Part shown: piece after piece, positions 34,406 to 44,498 of the stretch | How the letters are laid out: every line of letters begins with the position of its first letter | Numbering within the stretch: the first letter of the stretch is position 1 | Source of the DNA: Escherichia phage ZX4221 | Sequence record: OR498728.1 | Reading direction: 5' to 3' (one strand) | DNA length: 64,000 nt | Position numbers and translations under genes: made by a program | Notes under the pieces: generated by a model | What the model saw: the letters and a program-made list of their open reading frames with translations, nothing else | What the model was told of the DNA's origin: nothing | Databases searched by the model: none

Positions 34406-34651
34406 TTGAGAGAGAATAAAATGTTTAACAAAAGTAAAGCTGTGAGTCATGTAGCAAAGGTTGACAGCAAGATTGAAGAACTTGAGCGCATTCTTGCAAA
34501 TGCCAGAGAGTCAATAATTAAAGAGGTTGAAGCTGTTGAATCTCAAATGCAGCACCTAATGCTTAAACGTCAAGAGTTACGTGAGCATCTGGAATATATT
34601 GAAACACGAGAGCTAAAAGTTAACAGATTTTTAAGGAGTCCGAATGTTTAA
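34406..34651 (+). CDS. small coiled-coil protein (hypothetical)
   Basis: 81 aa. Confidence 0.3.
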   Translation: MRENKMFNKSKAVSHVAKVDSKIEELERILANARESIIKEVEAVESQMQHLMLKRQELREHLEYIETRELKVNRFLRSPNV

Positions 34652-35399
34652 CTCAAGAGAATCAGTAAAAAACTGGAATCTTCGTTGCGGAAACACCCAA
34701 AAGCAACCTTACAGTGATGAGTATTGGGAATCTTTGAAATCCCAATCTCTGTGTATGCTTGAAGAAGCAAAAGAGCTTGTAAAAGCAATTGAAGAGAAAG
34801 ACCCCATTGAGACACTGGATGCTCAGGCAGATTTGCAATACGTTCTTGACGGTCTGATTTATCTGTCACAACATGACCACAATGGCGCTATGGAAGCTGT
34901 TTGTCATAATAATGACCTGAAGTATACAGACAACTATGAAGAAGCTTTAAAGCGTCTTGCAGATGTTGAGAAGCGTACTGGTCAAGAGTGTATCATCAGA
35001 ATGTCAGTGGTTGATGGTAAAGAATGGTATGCGATTGTCCGTGCAGCCGATGGGAAGATTATGAAGCAATCAAATCTCCCTAAAGTACAGCTTGGTGAAT
35101 ACATTGTAGAGCTTGAAAGCCAAGAACTTTTTGTGGTAGTATCTGAGACATGCGTTATCTGCAAAGGTATTGTAGGTAGCTTAAAGGATTTGGGTGTAGA
35201 TGGTTTTGTAGAAGTTAATCCAATTACCTCTAAAGCAGATAAAGATTTCTGTAAAGAGAATGGACTATGGATTGCAGATATTGTCTACTACGATGGTGAG
35301 CAGTTCCATGTAACCTCATACCCGAAACTGAATTATGATGCTAATAACCTGAAGTGCTGGTTAAAAGGGGTTGGTTATAATGGATTCACAGAACATTAA
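34644..35399 (+). CDS. hypothetical protein
   Basis: 251 aa; no motif recognised. Confidence 0.3.
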   Translation: MFNSRESVKNWNLRCGNTQKQPYSDEYWESLKSQSLCMLEEAKELVKAIEEKDPIETLDAQADLQYVLDGLIYLSQHDHNGAMEAVCHNNDLKYTDNYEEALKRLADVEKRTGQECIIRMSVVDGKEWYAIVRAADGKIMKQSNLPKVQLGEYIVELESQELFVVVSETCVICKGIVGSLKDLGVDGFVEVNPITSKADKDFCKENGLWIADIVYYDGEQFHVTSYPKLNYDANNLKCWLKGVGYNGFTEH

Positions 35400-35703
35400 T
35401 AAAGAAGGTGTGGCTCAGAAGAGCCACTTCTCAAACTACAATATTTCTATGACGGTGTTTATGAATGACCCGTTACTTGAGAAGTATGGTGAGACTCCAG
35501 ATACACTTCTGGATAATGAACAAGTTTTAAAAGCAGTCCTGTACAAATATGGGATTGATATTGAGAAAGAGTATTCCTTTGAAATCTGCCAACACAGAAA
35601 TACTTTTGGTAAAGTTGTGATGGCTCCACTCTTCATGGGTGTAGAAAGAACTGACTATGGTTGGTTATATCTAAAAAGAAACTTGGAGAAATACCGTGTC
35701 TAA
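35371..35703 (+). CDS. hypothetical protein
   Basis: 110 aa. Confidence 0.3.
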   Translation: MVIMDSQNINKEGVAQKSHFSNYNISMTVFMNDPLLEKYGETPDTLLDNEQVLKAVLYKYGIDIEKEYSFEICQHRNTFGKVVMAPLFMGVERTDYGWLYLKRNLEKYRV

Positions 35704-36037
35704 AGCAAAAAAGTTATCTTATGATGACATTATCTCAGGTGCTAAGTTAGGTGTTGACAGTATCGGACAAGACGTTAAGCACGGAGACACAGTTATGTAC
35801 TGTGATGACCGAAGAGGGAGAAGTGCAATCTTGTTTGGAAGGATTGTTTGCAAGATGCGAGGTAATTACGTTGTTGCAGACATGGATGTGAACGTTACAC
35901 AAAAACTTGAAACACTTATGGATGATAATACATCATCATCATGGTTCTTCCTGAATTGTATGCACACTTCTTCAGTCACAAAAGTAAGTGATAAGTTTTA
36001 CGATATGTGGCAGAATGAGCAAATTTTCAAGATTTAA
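35696..36037 (+). CDS. hypothetical protein
   Basis: 113 aa. Confidence 0.3.
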   Translation: MSKAKKLSYDDIISGAKLGVDSIGQDVKHGDTVMYCDDRRGRSAILFGRIVCKMRGNYVVADMDVNVTQKLETLMDDNTSSSWFFLNCMHTSSVTKVSDKFYDMWQNEQIFKI

Positions 36038-36040
36038 ACT

Positions 36041-36066
36041 AGGGAGCCTCTTTGGAGGCTCTTTTC
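36041..36066 (+). terminator. rho-independent terminator-like hairpin
   Basis: GAGCCTC-TTTG-GAGGCTC then TTTT. Confidence 0.6.
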
Positions 36067-36083
36067 ATCTGTAGGATTTAAAA

Positions 36084-38318
36084 ATGATTAAGACAATTAA
36101 AAAATCAAACGGTACAGTAGTAAACTTTGACCCAGAAAGACTGAATAAGTGGGCATCATGGGCAGATAAGCGTGGTATTATCTGGTCAGAAGTCACTATG
36201 GAAGCTATGAAACGTGTCTATGAAGGTTGCACTACAAAAGAGATGCACCAAGCCATGATTGATGTTTGTGTTGATAAACAAACTCAAGAGTACTCAGATA
36301 TGGCTGGACGGCTACTGCTGGGAATTATCTACAAAGAAGCCTTTGGAGGCTTTACTAAGGTTCCTACGTTGGTTACCTTCGTTAAAAATATGGAGAGAGC
36401 AGGACTTTGGGAGAAGATGGACTATTCTCAGGAAGAGCTTGAATATCTGCAAGGGTACATTGTACACTCAAAAGATATCTCTTACGGTTATGCAGTCCTG
36501 AAACAGTTCAGAGACAAGTATGGTATCCGTGATATTAAAACGGGAAGACTTTTTGAGTCACCACAATTTATGTTTATGGGTATGGCTATGAAAGCCTTTG
36601 AGAAGCAACCAAAGCACCGTAGACTGCAAGATGTTATCAAGCTGTACACTTACCTATCTGACCTGAAGATTAACGCTCCTACGCCTTATCTGAATGGTTT
36701 AAGAGCTACTAAATCAGGTTATGCGTCATGCTGTTTGATTAAGGCGAATGATACCGCTGAATCACTTGGTATTGCTGCAAAGGTTGCTTATGATATGACT
36801 ACAAAGCAAGCTGGTATTGGGATGCTGATGGAGACTCGTACTATTGGTGATGGTATCCGTCAAAATACTATTGAGCACATGGGTAAACTACCTTATTACA
36901 AGCTTGTACGTTCATCTGTAGAGGCAAACAAACAAAAGAGCCGTGGTGGTTCAGCTAACAACTTCTACACCGCTCTAGACCCGCAGATTGAAGATTTACT
37001 GCGTTTGAAGCACCCTACAACGGTTCCTTCGAAACGTATTAACGAGATGGACTACTCATTTGGTACAAATGATTATTTCTGGCAGTGTGTTCAATATGAT
37101 ACAGACTGGTTGCTATTCTCTTACAAGGATGCACCAAAGCTCTATGACATGTTCTACACAGCATCTGCTGATGAGTTTGCTATGGCAGTTGGTCACGCAG
37201 TACATTCAGGTGTTAAGCACAGACGGGTGAAGGCTCGTGAAATTGCTAAACTGTTTATCCAGCAGCGTTATGCAACAGGCCGTGTGTACCCATTCTTCAC
37301 GAATAATGCAAACACACATACACCATTTAAAGAGCCTTTGAAGATGTCAAACCTTTGTATGGAAATTGTGTTGCCAGTGTACGGCTTTGAGAAAGAGACA
37401 GACCTTTACAGAGATGATGCTGTGAAAGAGGATGGTGAGGTAGCTCTTTGCTTCCTAGCTAGTTTGGTTGCAGGGAGAATTTCAGAAGATGAATACGCTG
37501 ACGTTGCTTATTATGCTCTTGCAATGGTTGACTCCGTTATTGACCTTATGGATTATCCGTATCCGTCGATGCGTAACCATGTTCAGAAGCGTCGTTCTGT
37601 TGGTATTGGCCTTACAAATGTGGCTCATTACCTTGCAAAAAACTACGTGAACTACTCTTCAAGAGCAGGTAAGACGAAGCTTCATGAGCTTGCTGAAATG
37701 CACTCTTACTACTTACACGAAGCTTCTTTAAGACTTGCTAAAGAACGTGGTGTACCTGAGTATATGCAGTTCACTAAGTATCCTGAAGGTTGGGTTCCTC
37801 CGAAGACAGCTAACAGGAAGATTGATGAGAAGCATGATGCAAAACTTCGTTATGATTGGGATGACTTAGCACAACGTATTAAAGAAAATGGTGGAATCCG
37901 TAACTCTGTATTAGAAGCTTACATGCCTAATGAGAGTTCTTCACTGGCAACTAATACGACAAACGGCTTGTACCCAATTCGTGACTTTATTTTAACTAAA
38001 AAGTCTGCAACTGGTAACGTACTGTTTATTGTTCCAGATTACGAAGAGTTGAAGTATGTCTATGAAATTGCTTGGGATATTGACACCTTTGACCTGATTG
38101 ATTGTTATGCAATTGTTCAAAAGTTCACTGGTCAAGCTATCTCTTCAGATTTCTATGTTGACTACGCAAAAGCTAAGAAGGTATCATTGGCTCAAGCTTT
38201 GAAGTATATGATTTATGCCAACTCAGTAGGTATGAAAACCATGTACTACCTTAACAGTCGCATTGGTGTAGGTAAATCTGCACTACAAGATGCTTATTGC
38301 GAGGGTTGTGGTGTTTAG
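36084..38318 (+). CDS. nrdA: ribonucleotide reductase class Ia large subunit
   Basis: 744 aa; ATP-cone-like N-terminus IKKSNGTVVNFDPERL; C-terminal Cys pair CEGCGV; followed by nrdB-like gene. Confidence 0.8.
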   Translation: MIKTIKKSNGTVVNFDPERLNKWASWADKRGIIWSEVTMEAMKRVYEGCTTKEMHQAMIDVCVDKQTQEYSDMAGRLLLGIIYKEAFGGFTKVPTLVTFVKNMERAGLWEKMDYSQEELEYLQGYIVHSKDISYGYAVLKQFRDKYGIRDIKTGRLFESPQFMFMGMAMKAFEKQPKHRRLQDVIKLYTYLSDLKINAPTPYLNGLRATKSGYASCCLIKANDTAESLGIAAKVAYDMTTKQAGIGMLMETRTIGDGIRQNTIEHMGKLPYYKLVRSSVEANKQKSRGGSANNFYTALDPQIEDLLRLKHPTTVPSKRINEMDYSFGTNDYFWQCVQYDTDWLLFSYKDAPKLYDMFYTASADEFAMAVGHAVHSGVKHRRVKAREIAKLFIQQRYATGRVYPFFTNNANTHTPFKEPLKMSNLCMEIVLPVYGFEKETDLYRDDAVKEDGEVALCFLASLVAGRISEDEYADVAYYALAMVDSVIDLMDYPYPSMRNHVQKRRSVGIGLTNVAHYLAKNYVNYSSRAGKTKLHELAEMHSYYLHEASLRLAKERGVPEYMQFTKYPEGWVPPKTANRKIDEKHDAKLRYDWDDLAQRIKENGGIRNSVLEAYMPNESSSLATNTTNGLYPIRDFILTKKSATGNVLFIVPDYEELKYVYEIAWDIDTFDLIDCYAIVQKFTGQAISSDFYVDYAKAKKVSLAQALKYMIYANSVGMKTMYYLNSRIGVGKSALQDAYCEGCGV

Positions 38319-38370
38319 TTTTAATAACTATGAGGGTCGTAAAAGACCCTCTAAAATTAACTTTGGAGAA

Positions 38371-38631
38371 ACTATGAAAGACCTAATAGAAAAACATGAG
38401 AGACCAATATACCTGTTCTACAAACCCCGCAAAACATTATACTACGTGAGCAGCACAGGCATCATGATAAAGCAGAATGATGACTTATGGGTAACTGGAG
38501 CCTCTTACATCTCTACAGCAGATGGTAAAATCTACGCAAGACCTTACGAGATGTTCAATGAAGAAAATTGGGAAGTTTTAGACAGAAAACAAGCCTTAGA
38601 GATGATAAAGAAAGGAGAAATCACACTATGA
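38371..38631 (+). CDS. hypothetical protein between nrdA and nrdB
   Basis: start at internal ATG with GGAG RBS; ATGA overlap with nrdB start. Confidence 0.3.
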   Translation, partial: TMKDLIEKHERPIYLFYKPRKTLYYVSSTGIMIKQNDDLWVTGASYISTADGKIYARPYEMFNEENWEVLDRKQALEMIKKGEITL

Positions 38632-39701
38632 TTAACCAACACCCAATCTTTTTAGGTGGTGAAAGAAAAACATTTGACTCCCTTAATAAACACTACCCAA
38701 AAATCTTTGAGCTATACAAACAACAAAAAGCGCAAGACTGGTCAGAAGATGAGTTCCCTTTTGAACAATCACGTCTTGATTTTGAGAGTGTGCCAGCATC
38801 AATGTCAGGTGTAATGCTTGAGATTCTTAAGTGGCAGTGGGAAGCAGATACCCAAGTTGCTAAGAGTTTAGCGTTTGCCTTTGCACCATTTATCTCTGAT
38901 GACATTTATGCAACTGCAATTATGAAGCAGTCTGAGATTGAAAACCTACATGCTCTCACTTACTCGGAGATTGTAAGGCAATGTATTAAAAACCCTGAAA
39001 CAATCTTAGATGAGATTAACCAGAATATTGCTGTGCAAGACCGATTAAAAACTGTGAATCGTGTTCTTGAAGAATTGCTGGACGAAGGTATAAACTATCG
39101 GCTGAGTTATGTCCGTGACTCACTTCTGGACAAAGACCCTTTACACTTCCATAAAGTGATTTTAAAAGGTCTATTTGCAGTGACTGCACTTGAAGGTATA
39201 TCTTTTATGGCATCCTTTGCGTGTACTTTTGCACTTGATGCTCAAGATAAATTTCAAGGTATTGCTCAAGCTGTCCAGAAGATTATGCTTGATGAAATCC
39301 TTCACACTAAAATTGATATTGAAGTTTTAAAAGAAACTTTAAGAGATGATGAGTGGCAAAAAGCTTTCCAACAAATTCTTCCAGAGATTAAAGTAATCTT
39401 AGATGAAGTAGTTGAAAGTGAAGAGAAATGGTCGTATTATATCTTCTCCGAAGGACGTGCTGTAGTTGGGTTAAATACAAAGCTTCTTCATGAGTGGGTT
39501 TACTATAATGCTGCCCCACTGTATGATATGTTTGGCATTCCCAGAGATTTTGTAGCTCCTAAAGAACCACCTTTGAAGTATATGATTAAGAAGATGGAAA
39601 TTGATAAAGAGCAGAATGCTAATCAGGAGCAACAGAACGGTGCGTATTTATTGAATACTGTTGTAGATGATTTGAATAGTGGATTTTTAGAGGTTCCTTA
39701 A
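38628..39701 (+). CDS. nrdB: ribonucleotide reductase class Ia small subunit
   Basis: 357 aa; start placed at ATG 38628 (ATGA coupling); size and synteny with nrdA. Confidence 0.75.
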   Translation: MINQHPIFLGGERKTFDSLNKHYPKIFELYKQQKAQDWSEDEFPFEQSRLDFESVPASMSGVMLEILKWQWEADTQVAKSLAFAFAPFISDDIYATAIMKQSEIENLHALTYSEIVRQCIKNPETILDEINQNIAVQDRLKTVNRVLEELLDEGINYRLSYVRDSLLDKDPLHFHKVILKGLFAVTALEGISFMASFACTFALDAQDKFQGIAQAVQKIMLDEILHTKIDIEVLKETLRDDEWQKAFQQILPEIKVILDEVVESEEKWSYYIFSEGRAVVGLNTKLLHEWVYYNAAPLYDMFGIPRDFVAPKEPPLKYMIKKMEIDKEQNANQEQQNGAYLLNTVVDDLNSGFLEVP

Positions 39702-39943
39702 TGACTTATGTAATTTACTCCAAAACTGGATGCCCTCAGTGTGAGACTGCAAAGAATTTTGCAAAAGCTCGTGGTATTGACCATGTTGTAAGAATGTTGG
39801 GGCAGGATTATGAACTGTCAGACCTGATTGATATTGCACAGATGCCAGTTCGTCAGATGCCATTCATCATGAAAACTGATGGTCAAAATCTAAAACCTGT
39901 TGGAACGCTACAGAATTTCATGGCAGAGGTGAATAATGCTTAA
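39701..39943 (+). CDS. nrdH: glutaredoxin-like protein (NrdH-like)
   Basis: 80 aa with CPQC redox motif directly after nrdB. Confidence 0.6.
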   Translation: MTYVIYSKTGCPQCETAKNFAKARGIDHVVRMLGQDYELSDLIDIAQMPVRQMPFIMKTDGQNLKPVGTLQNFMAEVNNA

Positions 39944-40142
39944 ACGCCTTTGGGAAGGCTTGGTTGTTGATGCACCAGCCATTGTGATTGGTATGCTTGT
40001 TGTTAACCTATTTACTGATTTTGAACAAGGTTCATTGTTTGGAGCCATGTTACTATGGGTTATCTTTGAAATATTAGAGATACAGCTAGGCATTACTGAA
40101 AAACTAAGAAAACTTGTTTCGAAGTTTTCTAAAAAGATTTAA
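39936..40142 (+). CDS. small membrane protein (hypothetical)
   Basis: 68 aa, two hydrophobic segments. Confidence 0.25.
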   Translation: MLKRLWEGLVVDAPAIVIGMLVVNLFTDFEQGSLFGAMLLWVIFEILEIQLGITEKLRKLVSKFSKKI

Positions 40143-40148
40143 AATGAA

Positions 40149-40171
40149 AGGGTCTCTTCGGAGACCTTTTT
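40149..40171 (+). terminator. rho-independent terminator-like hairpin
   Basis: GGTCTC-TTCG-GAGACC then TTTTT. Confidence 0.6.
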
Positions 40172-40190
40172 AGCATGTAAAGGGGCAATA

Positions 40191-42335
40191 ATGAACAAAG
40201 TACAGATTATTAAAAAGAACGGCTCACTTGAAGAACCTGATATCAAAAAAGTTTTAGCAGCAGTAACTAAGTCAGCTAACAGAGTTGGGTATAAAGAACT
40301 CCCACCAGATGTTACCCAAGCTCTTGAGTCAGCATTTATGAGGATTCTGGTAAAGTCCACTAAGCAGAATAATTTGCTCATCTCGGTAAACGATATTCAC
40401 AGTATTGTTGAAGGTGCTTTGGCAGAAGTCAATCACGAGATTTATGAGTCTTACTCAACATACAGAAATTACCGTAAAGAGGTTGCTCAAAATTGGGATG
40501 AGCTTTACCAAAAGACTAAAGACACACTCTTCTTAGGTGACCGTGAAAACGCTAACTTTGACAGTAGTTTAATTTCTACAAAAGGCTCAATTATTCGTGG
40601 TTACCTGACTAAAGAAATCTTTAAACAGTACCATTTAACACCAGAGGAACTTGAAGCCATTGAAAAAGGGTTTATCTACATCCATGACTTAAGAGACCTA
40701 ATTTTTGGTGGGATTAACTGTTGCCTGTTTGACATTGGTAGAGTACTGAAAGGTGGCTTTGAAATGTCTGGCATCGAATACTGTGAACCGAAGTCTGTAC
40801 TGTCAGCCTTACAGGTTATCGGTGATGTAGTTCTTTCAGCAACTGCACAGCAATTTGGTGGCTTTACTTTAGCAGAGATTGACAAGGTGCTTGTACCGTA
40901 TGCTAAGAAGTCTCTACGCTATCATGCTGAGAAAGCAGCATCTTACGGTATTCCTAAAGAACATTACCATAATTATGTCATGGAGCAGCTACAGATTGAA
41001 TTAACTCAAGGTTTCCAGTCACTAGAGATGAAGCTAAATACTGTACCTTGTAGCCGTGGTGATTTCGCATTCACAACTTTAACATTTGGTTTACTTGACT
41101 CAGACATGTCTAATGAAGACAACCGACTACAATACATGATTGCAAACACCATTCTTGATGTTCGCATGAATGGACAAGGTAAGAGCAAGAAGCCTGTTGT
41201 ATTCCCTAAACTGGTTTATATTCATGACCAGAAGAGACACGATGAGAATATCTGTCAAGGTCAACTGTACAGTAAAGCTATTGAGTGTTGCTCTAAAGCT
41301 ATGTATCCAGATTTCTTAAGTGTATCTGGTCATGGTGCTGTAGCAGAGGCTTTTGAGCGTTCTGGCAAGGTAATTTCACCGATGGGTTGCAGAGCTTTCT
41401 TATCCCCATATCTTAACGAGAATGGAGAAGAGTTCTACGTTGGTCGTGCTAATATTGGTGCTGTATCTTTGAACTTACCTATGATTTACCAGTATTCTAA
41501 AGAGAATGGTTTAGATTTCTGGAAAGAACTTGATAAGTACCTAGAGATGATTCGCAGCTTCCACAAGAAACGCTACGAAATGATTGCTAATATGTCAGCA
41601 AGTTCTAACCCTCTTGCATTCACACAAGGTGGTTTGTACAAAGGAACTAAAAAACCTACCGACAAGGTTGGTTGGGATATCGTGAAGTCCTTCACAGCTT
41701 CTTTTGGGGTTACTGCGCTTGATGAGTTGTCTGTTCTTGCTGAAGGTAAACGACTCCATGAAGTTGGAAGTTCTAGTTTTGCATACGATGTTCTGGCATA
41801 CATTAACATGAAAACTGAAGAGTTTAAGAATGAAGATGGCTTCCTGTATGCAGTATATGGCACTCCAGCAGAGTCATTGTGTGGAACTCAGCTAAAACAG
41901 TTCAGAGATATGTTTGGTGTTATCAAAGGCGTTTCTGACAAGGAATACTTTACAAACAGTTTCCATATGAATGTTGCAGCAAACATTTCACCATTTGAGA
42001 AGCAGGACTTAGAAGAGCCATTCTTCCACATCTGTAGAGGTGGCAGAATCCAGTATGTAAGGGTAGCTAACCCAGAAAACTTAACAGCACTTAAAAGTTG
42101 TATTACCAGAGGGATGTTGAAAGGTTTTTATCAGGGGCTTAACTTTGACTTAGCAATCTGTGAGCATTGTGGTAACAGACCAAAGGCTGATGTTGAAGAA
42201 TGTGAGGTTTGCCATTCACATGATATCTCTGTGATTAACAGGGTGTGTGGTTATCTTGGATGGACTAAGATTAAAGGTGAATCCCGAATGAATGATGCAA
42301 AAATTGCTGAGATTCGTGACAGAGTTTCTATGTAA
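40191..42335 (+). CDS. nrdD: anaerobic ribonucleoside-triphosphate reductase
   Basis: 714 aa; ATP-cone N-terminus; C-terminal Zn site CEHCG...CEVCH and glycyl-radical motif RVCGY. Confidence 0.85.
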   Translation: MNKVQIIKKNGSLEEPDIKKVLAAVTKSANRVGYKELPPDVTQALESAFMRILVKSTKQNNLLISVNDIHSIVEGALAEVNHEIYESYSTYRNYRKEVAQNWDELYQKTKDTLFLGDRENANFDSSLISTKGSIIRGYLTKEIFKQYHLTPEELEAIEKGFIYIHDLRDLIFGGINCCLFDIGRVLKGGFEMSGIEYCEPKSVLSALQVIGDVVLSATAQQFGGFTLAEIDKVLVPYAKKSLRYHAEKAASYGIPKEHYHNYVMEQLQIELTQGFQSLEMKLNTVPCSRGDFAFTTLTFGLLDSDMSNEDNRLQYMIANTILDVRMNGQGKSKKPVVFPKLVYIHDQKRHDENICQGQLYSKAIECCSKAMYPDFLSVSGHGAVAEAFERSGKVISPMGCRAFLSPYLNENGEEFYVGRANIGAVSLNLPMIYQYSKENGLDFWKELDKYLEMIRSFHKKRYEMIANMSASSNPLAFTQGGLYKGTKKPTDKVGWDIVKSFTASFGVTALDELSVLAEGKRLHEVGSSSFAYDVLAYINMKTEEFKNEDGFLYAVYGTPAESLCGTQLKQFRDMFGVIKGVSDKEYFTNSFHMNVAANISPFEKQDLEEPFFHICRGGRIQYVRVANPENLTALKSCITRGMLKGFYQGLNFDLAICEHCGNRPKADVEECEVCHSHDISVINRVCGYLGWTKIKGESRMNDAKIAEIRDRVSM

Positions 42336-42489
42336 AACTTGACAAGGTGGTGTGAGTCTTGATAGGCTTACATCACCTTTTTTATTGGATGTTAGATATG
42401 GCAGAGAGTATTATTGGGTTGTTCATAGGTTCTGTCTTACTAGGGTTCTTTTTAGGACTCTCTTATTGTGAATTGAGAGATAAGTTAAA

Positions 42490-42690
42490 ATGTTTAAAAT
42501 ATCAAAAACGTTGATATACATACTCCACATTCTAATCTTCTTCTTTGGGGTTAGTGTTATGGTATGGGGTTTTTCAGACCCACAATGGAGTTTATCATAT
42601 CATGGACAAATGGATTTATGGTCATGCTTCAAACCATTTTTAGGGTTAGCTATAGCATTCAGTGCATTACCAACTAGGGTGAAATTATGA
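42490..42690 (+). CDS. small membrane protein (hypothetical)
   Basis: 66 aa, hydrophobic. Confidence 0.25.
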   Translation: MFKISKTLIYILHILIFFFGVSVMVWGFSDPQWSLSYHGQMDLWSCFKPFLGLAIAFSALPTRVKL

Positions 42691-43082
42691 TTAAGTTGAA
42701 CCAAAAACAGTTAGAGTGGATTAAAGACTACGCCTCAGAGTGTGGCTCTTGCGAAAAGAATCACGTAAAATACTCAACATTCCATACAGTCTTCACATTG
42801 TACATCAGCGACAATGTTCTAAGTGATTCCGTGGAAGACGGTGTAGCGTTACCTAATGAGTTACTTGATAAACTAGCTGTAGTCACTGGAACTTGGTCTG
42901 AAGAAGACGGTCATGAATTATCTGATGATGTTGTCTTCTACACTCTTGAAAACATCATGAATCCAGAGTACATTATGCTAATGACTTGTGCACAAGACTG
43001 TGTGCCATTACAAAACTTCATTAAAGAACACTGTGAAGAATTTATTACTAAACAGGTTCCTTGTCAGGTAGTGTTTGAATAA
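42687..43082 (+). CDS. hypothetical protein
   Basis: 131 aa, Cys-containing. Confidence 0.3.
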   Translation: MIKLNQKQLEWIKDYASECGSCEKNHVKYSTFHTVFTLYISDNVLSDSVEDGVALPNELLDKLAVVTGTWSEEDGHELSDDVVFYTLENIMNPEYIMLMTCAQDCVPLQNFIKEHCEEFITKQVPCQVVFE

Positions 43083-43117
43083 GTAAAACAATTAAATAAT
43101 ATTGGTGAGGTAACTAG

Positions 43118-43603
43118 ATGAATTACATGGAGATTCGACCATTTGACACAGCTAATGGTGAAGGGGTTCGTGTAAGCCTCTTCGTAGCTGGCTGTAAACA
43201 TCACTGTGAAGGCTGCTTTAACAGGGAGTCTTGGAAGTTTAATGCTGGTAAAGAGTTTACTTATGCAAACCTCTACGGCATCATTAAGTTAATGGATGAT
43301 AATGCTATCAGTGGGCTGTCAATACTTGGTGGGGAACCTCTGGATGACAGAAACATTCAAGAGGTCACCAACATATGCAAGCGTATTAAAACTGTTTATC
43401 CAGAAAAGTCTATATGGCTTTGGACAGGTTTTCAACTACACGAAAAAATTCATCTAGATGTGATGAAATATGTTGACGTGGTAATTGATGGTAAGTATGA
43501 TTCTTCTAAACCAACAGTTAAACCATACCGTGGCTCTGATAACCAAAACCTCTGGAGAAAAGAATATGGGTGGCAAGGCGATTGTCAATGGCGAGCAGAA
43601 TGA
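43118..43603 (+). CDS. nrdG: anaerobic RNR activating enzyme (radical SAM)
   Basis: 161 aa with CKHHCEGC (CxxxCxxC) near N-terminus; downstream of nrdD. Confidence 0.75.
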   Translation: MNYMEIRPFDTANGEGVRVSLFVAGCKHHCEGCFNRESWKFNAGKEFTYANLYGIIKLMDDNAISGLSILGGEPLDDRNIQEVTNICKRIKTVYPEKSIWLWTGFQLHEKIHLDVMKYVDVVIDGKYDSSKPTVKPYRGSDNQNLWRKEYGWQGDCQWRAE

Positions 43604-43841
43604 TTATTCTGGCAAGTGGACTTATGACATCAACAAGTTAGATGCCTGGATTATTTATACAAGAGAAAAATTTGGTGCACATTCATTATGTGCTCTTGCA
43701 ACGATTGTAAAGAATGTCACCTTTGTCATACACGAGTCAGATAAATTTGGAGACTTCTACAGGATTCAAAACATGAGAGAGGGTATCACTCCAATAGGAA
43801 TCACTGAAGAAGAACTTCATAAGTTCTGCATTAAACTTTAA
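43566..43841 (+). CDS. hypothetical protein
   Basis: start placed at internal ATG 43566; upstream part of track ORF overlaps nrdG. Confidence 0.3.
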   Translation: MGGKAIVNGEQNDYSGKWTYDINKLDAWIIYTREKFGAHSLCALATIVKNVTFVIHESDKFGDFYRIQNMREGITPIGITEEELHKFCIKL

Positions 43842-43856
43842 TGAGAGAGACTAAAA

Positions 43857-44123
43857 ATGGGAATTTTAGGTAATATGAAGGCTGGCTTCTTGAAGGCACT
43901 GGCAAAAGCAGCAGCAATCATTTCTATGACTGGAAAGCAGGTTGGTGTAGATGCTTCAGCAGTTGCACAAGTTCTTGCAAGCCAAATTGAACAGCAGCCT
44001 TACATCCACGTAGGACGTGGGAAAGGTGGTAAAAAACAAGCACATCGACCAACTGGTGCAGCAGCTATTAAACGGGCAGCTAAGAAAGCTCGTAACCGTA
44101 AACGTAATAAGAAGGCTAAATAA
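43857..44123 (+). CDS. small protein with highly basic C-terminus (hypothetical)
   Basis: 88 aa ending KRAAKKARNRKRNKKAK. Confidence 0.3.
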   Translation: MGILGNMKAGFLKALAKAAAIISMTGKQVGVDASAVAQVLASQIEQQPYIHVGRGKGGKKQAHRPTGAAAIKRAAKKARNRKRNKKAK

Positions 44124-44125
44124 TC

Positions 44126-44446
44126 ATGAGCAAAGTTTATAACACTCGTAAATTACAGATTTTCGTACTGTGCCAGTTTATGGCTAAAGAGCATAACTAC
44201 TACTATTGTGGTACAGGGTTCATTAGTGATGATGACGGCTCATATCTACCGTTCAAAGAGGCTGTAAAGCTCTTCAATGAAGAGGAAAGCTCTAAGAAAG
44301 ATATTGAAAAGGTTAAGCTAACCTACAGCAAGAAAGATAAGAAGATTATCTGCCTAGATAACTTTGTAAAAGTTACTGGAGAAGCAAAAGAGTTTATGGA
44401 TGAGAGTGAAATCTCGTTCACAAGCATCTTGAAAGTAGCTCAGTAA
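44126..44446 (+). CDS. hypothetical protein
   Basis: 106 aa. Confidence 0.3.
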   Translation: MSKVYNTRKLQIFVLCQFMAKEHNYYYCGTGFISDDDGSYLPFKEAVKLFNEEESSKKDIEKVKLTYSKKDKKIICLDNFVKVTGEAKEFMDESEISFTSILKVAQ

Positions 44447-44467
44447 ACAGATACTATAAGGGGACTG

Positions 44468-44496
44468 TAAAGGTTCCCTTTTTTATTTTGGAGATA
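44468..44496 (+). terminator. terminator-like hairpin
   Basis: AAGGGGA...TTCCCTT then TTTTTT. Confidence 0.45.
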
Positions 44497-44498
44497 AT

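Noticed and set aside
42398-42514. 38 aa hydrophobic ORF between nrdD and the next gene
   Set aside because: Weak ribosome-binding site and overlaps the start region of the 66 aa ORF; too short to support without comparative data.
43485-43565. N-terminal extension of the ORF track entry 43485-43841
   Set aside because: Overlaps the nrdG coding region in another frame for about 120 nt; an internal ATG at 43566 gives a more plausible short overlap.
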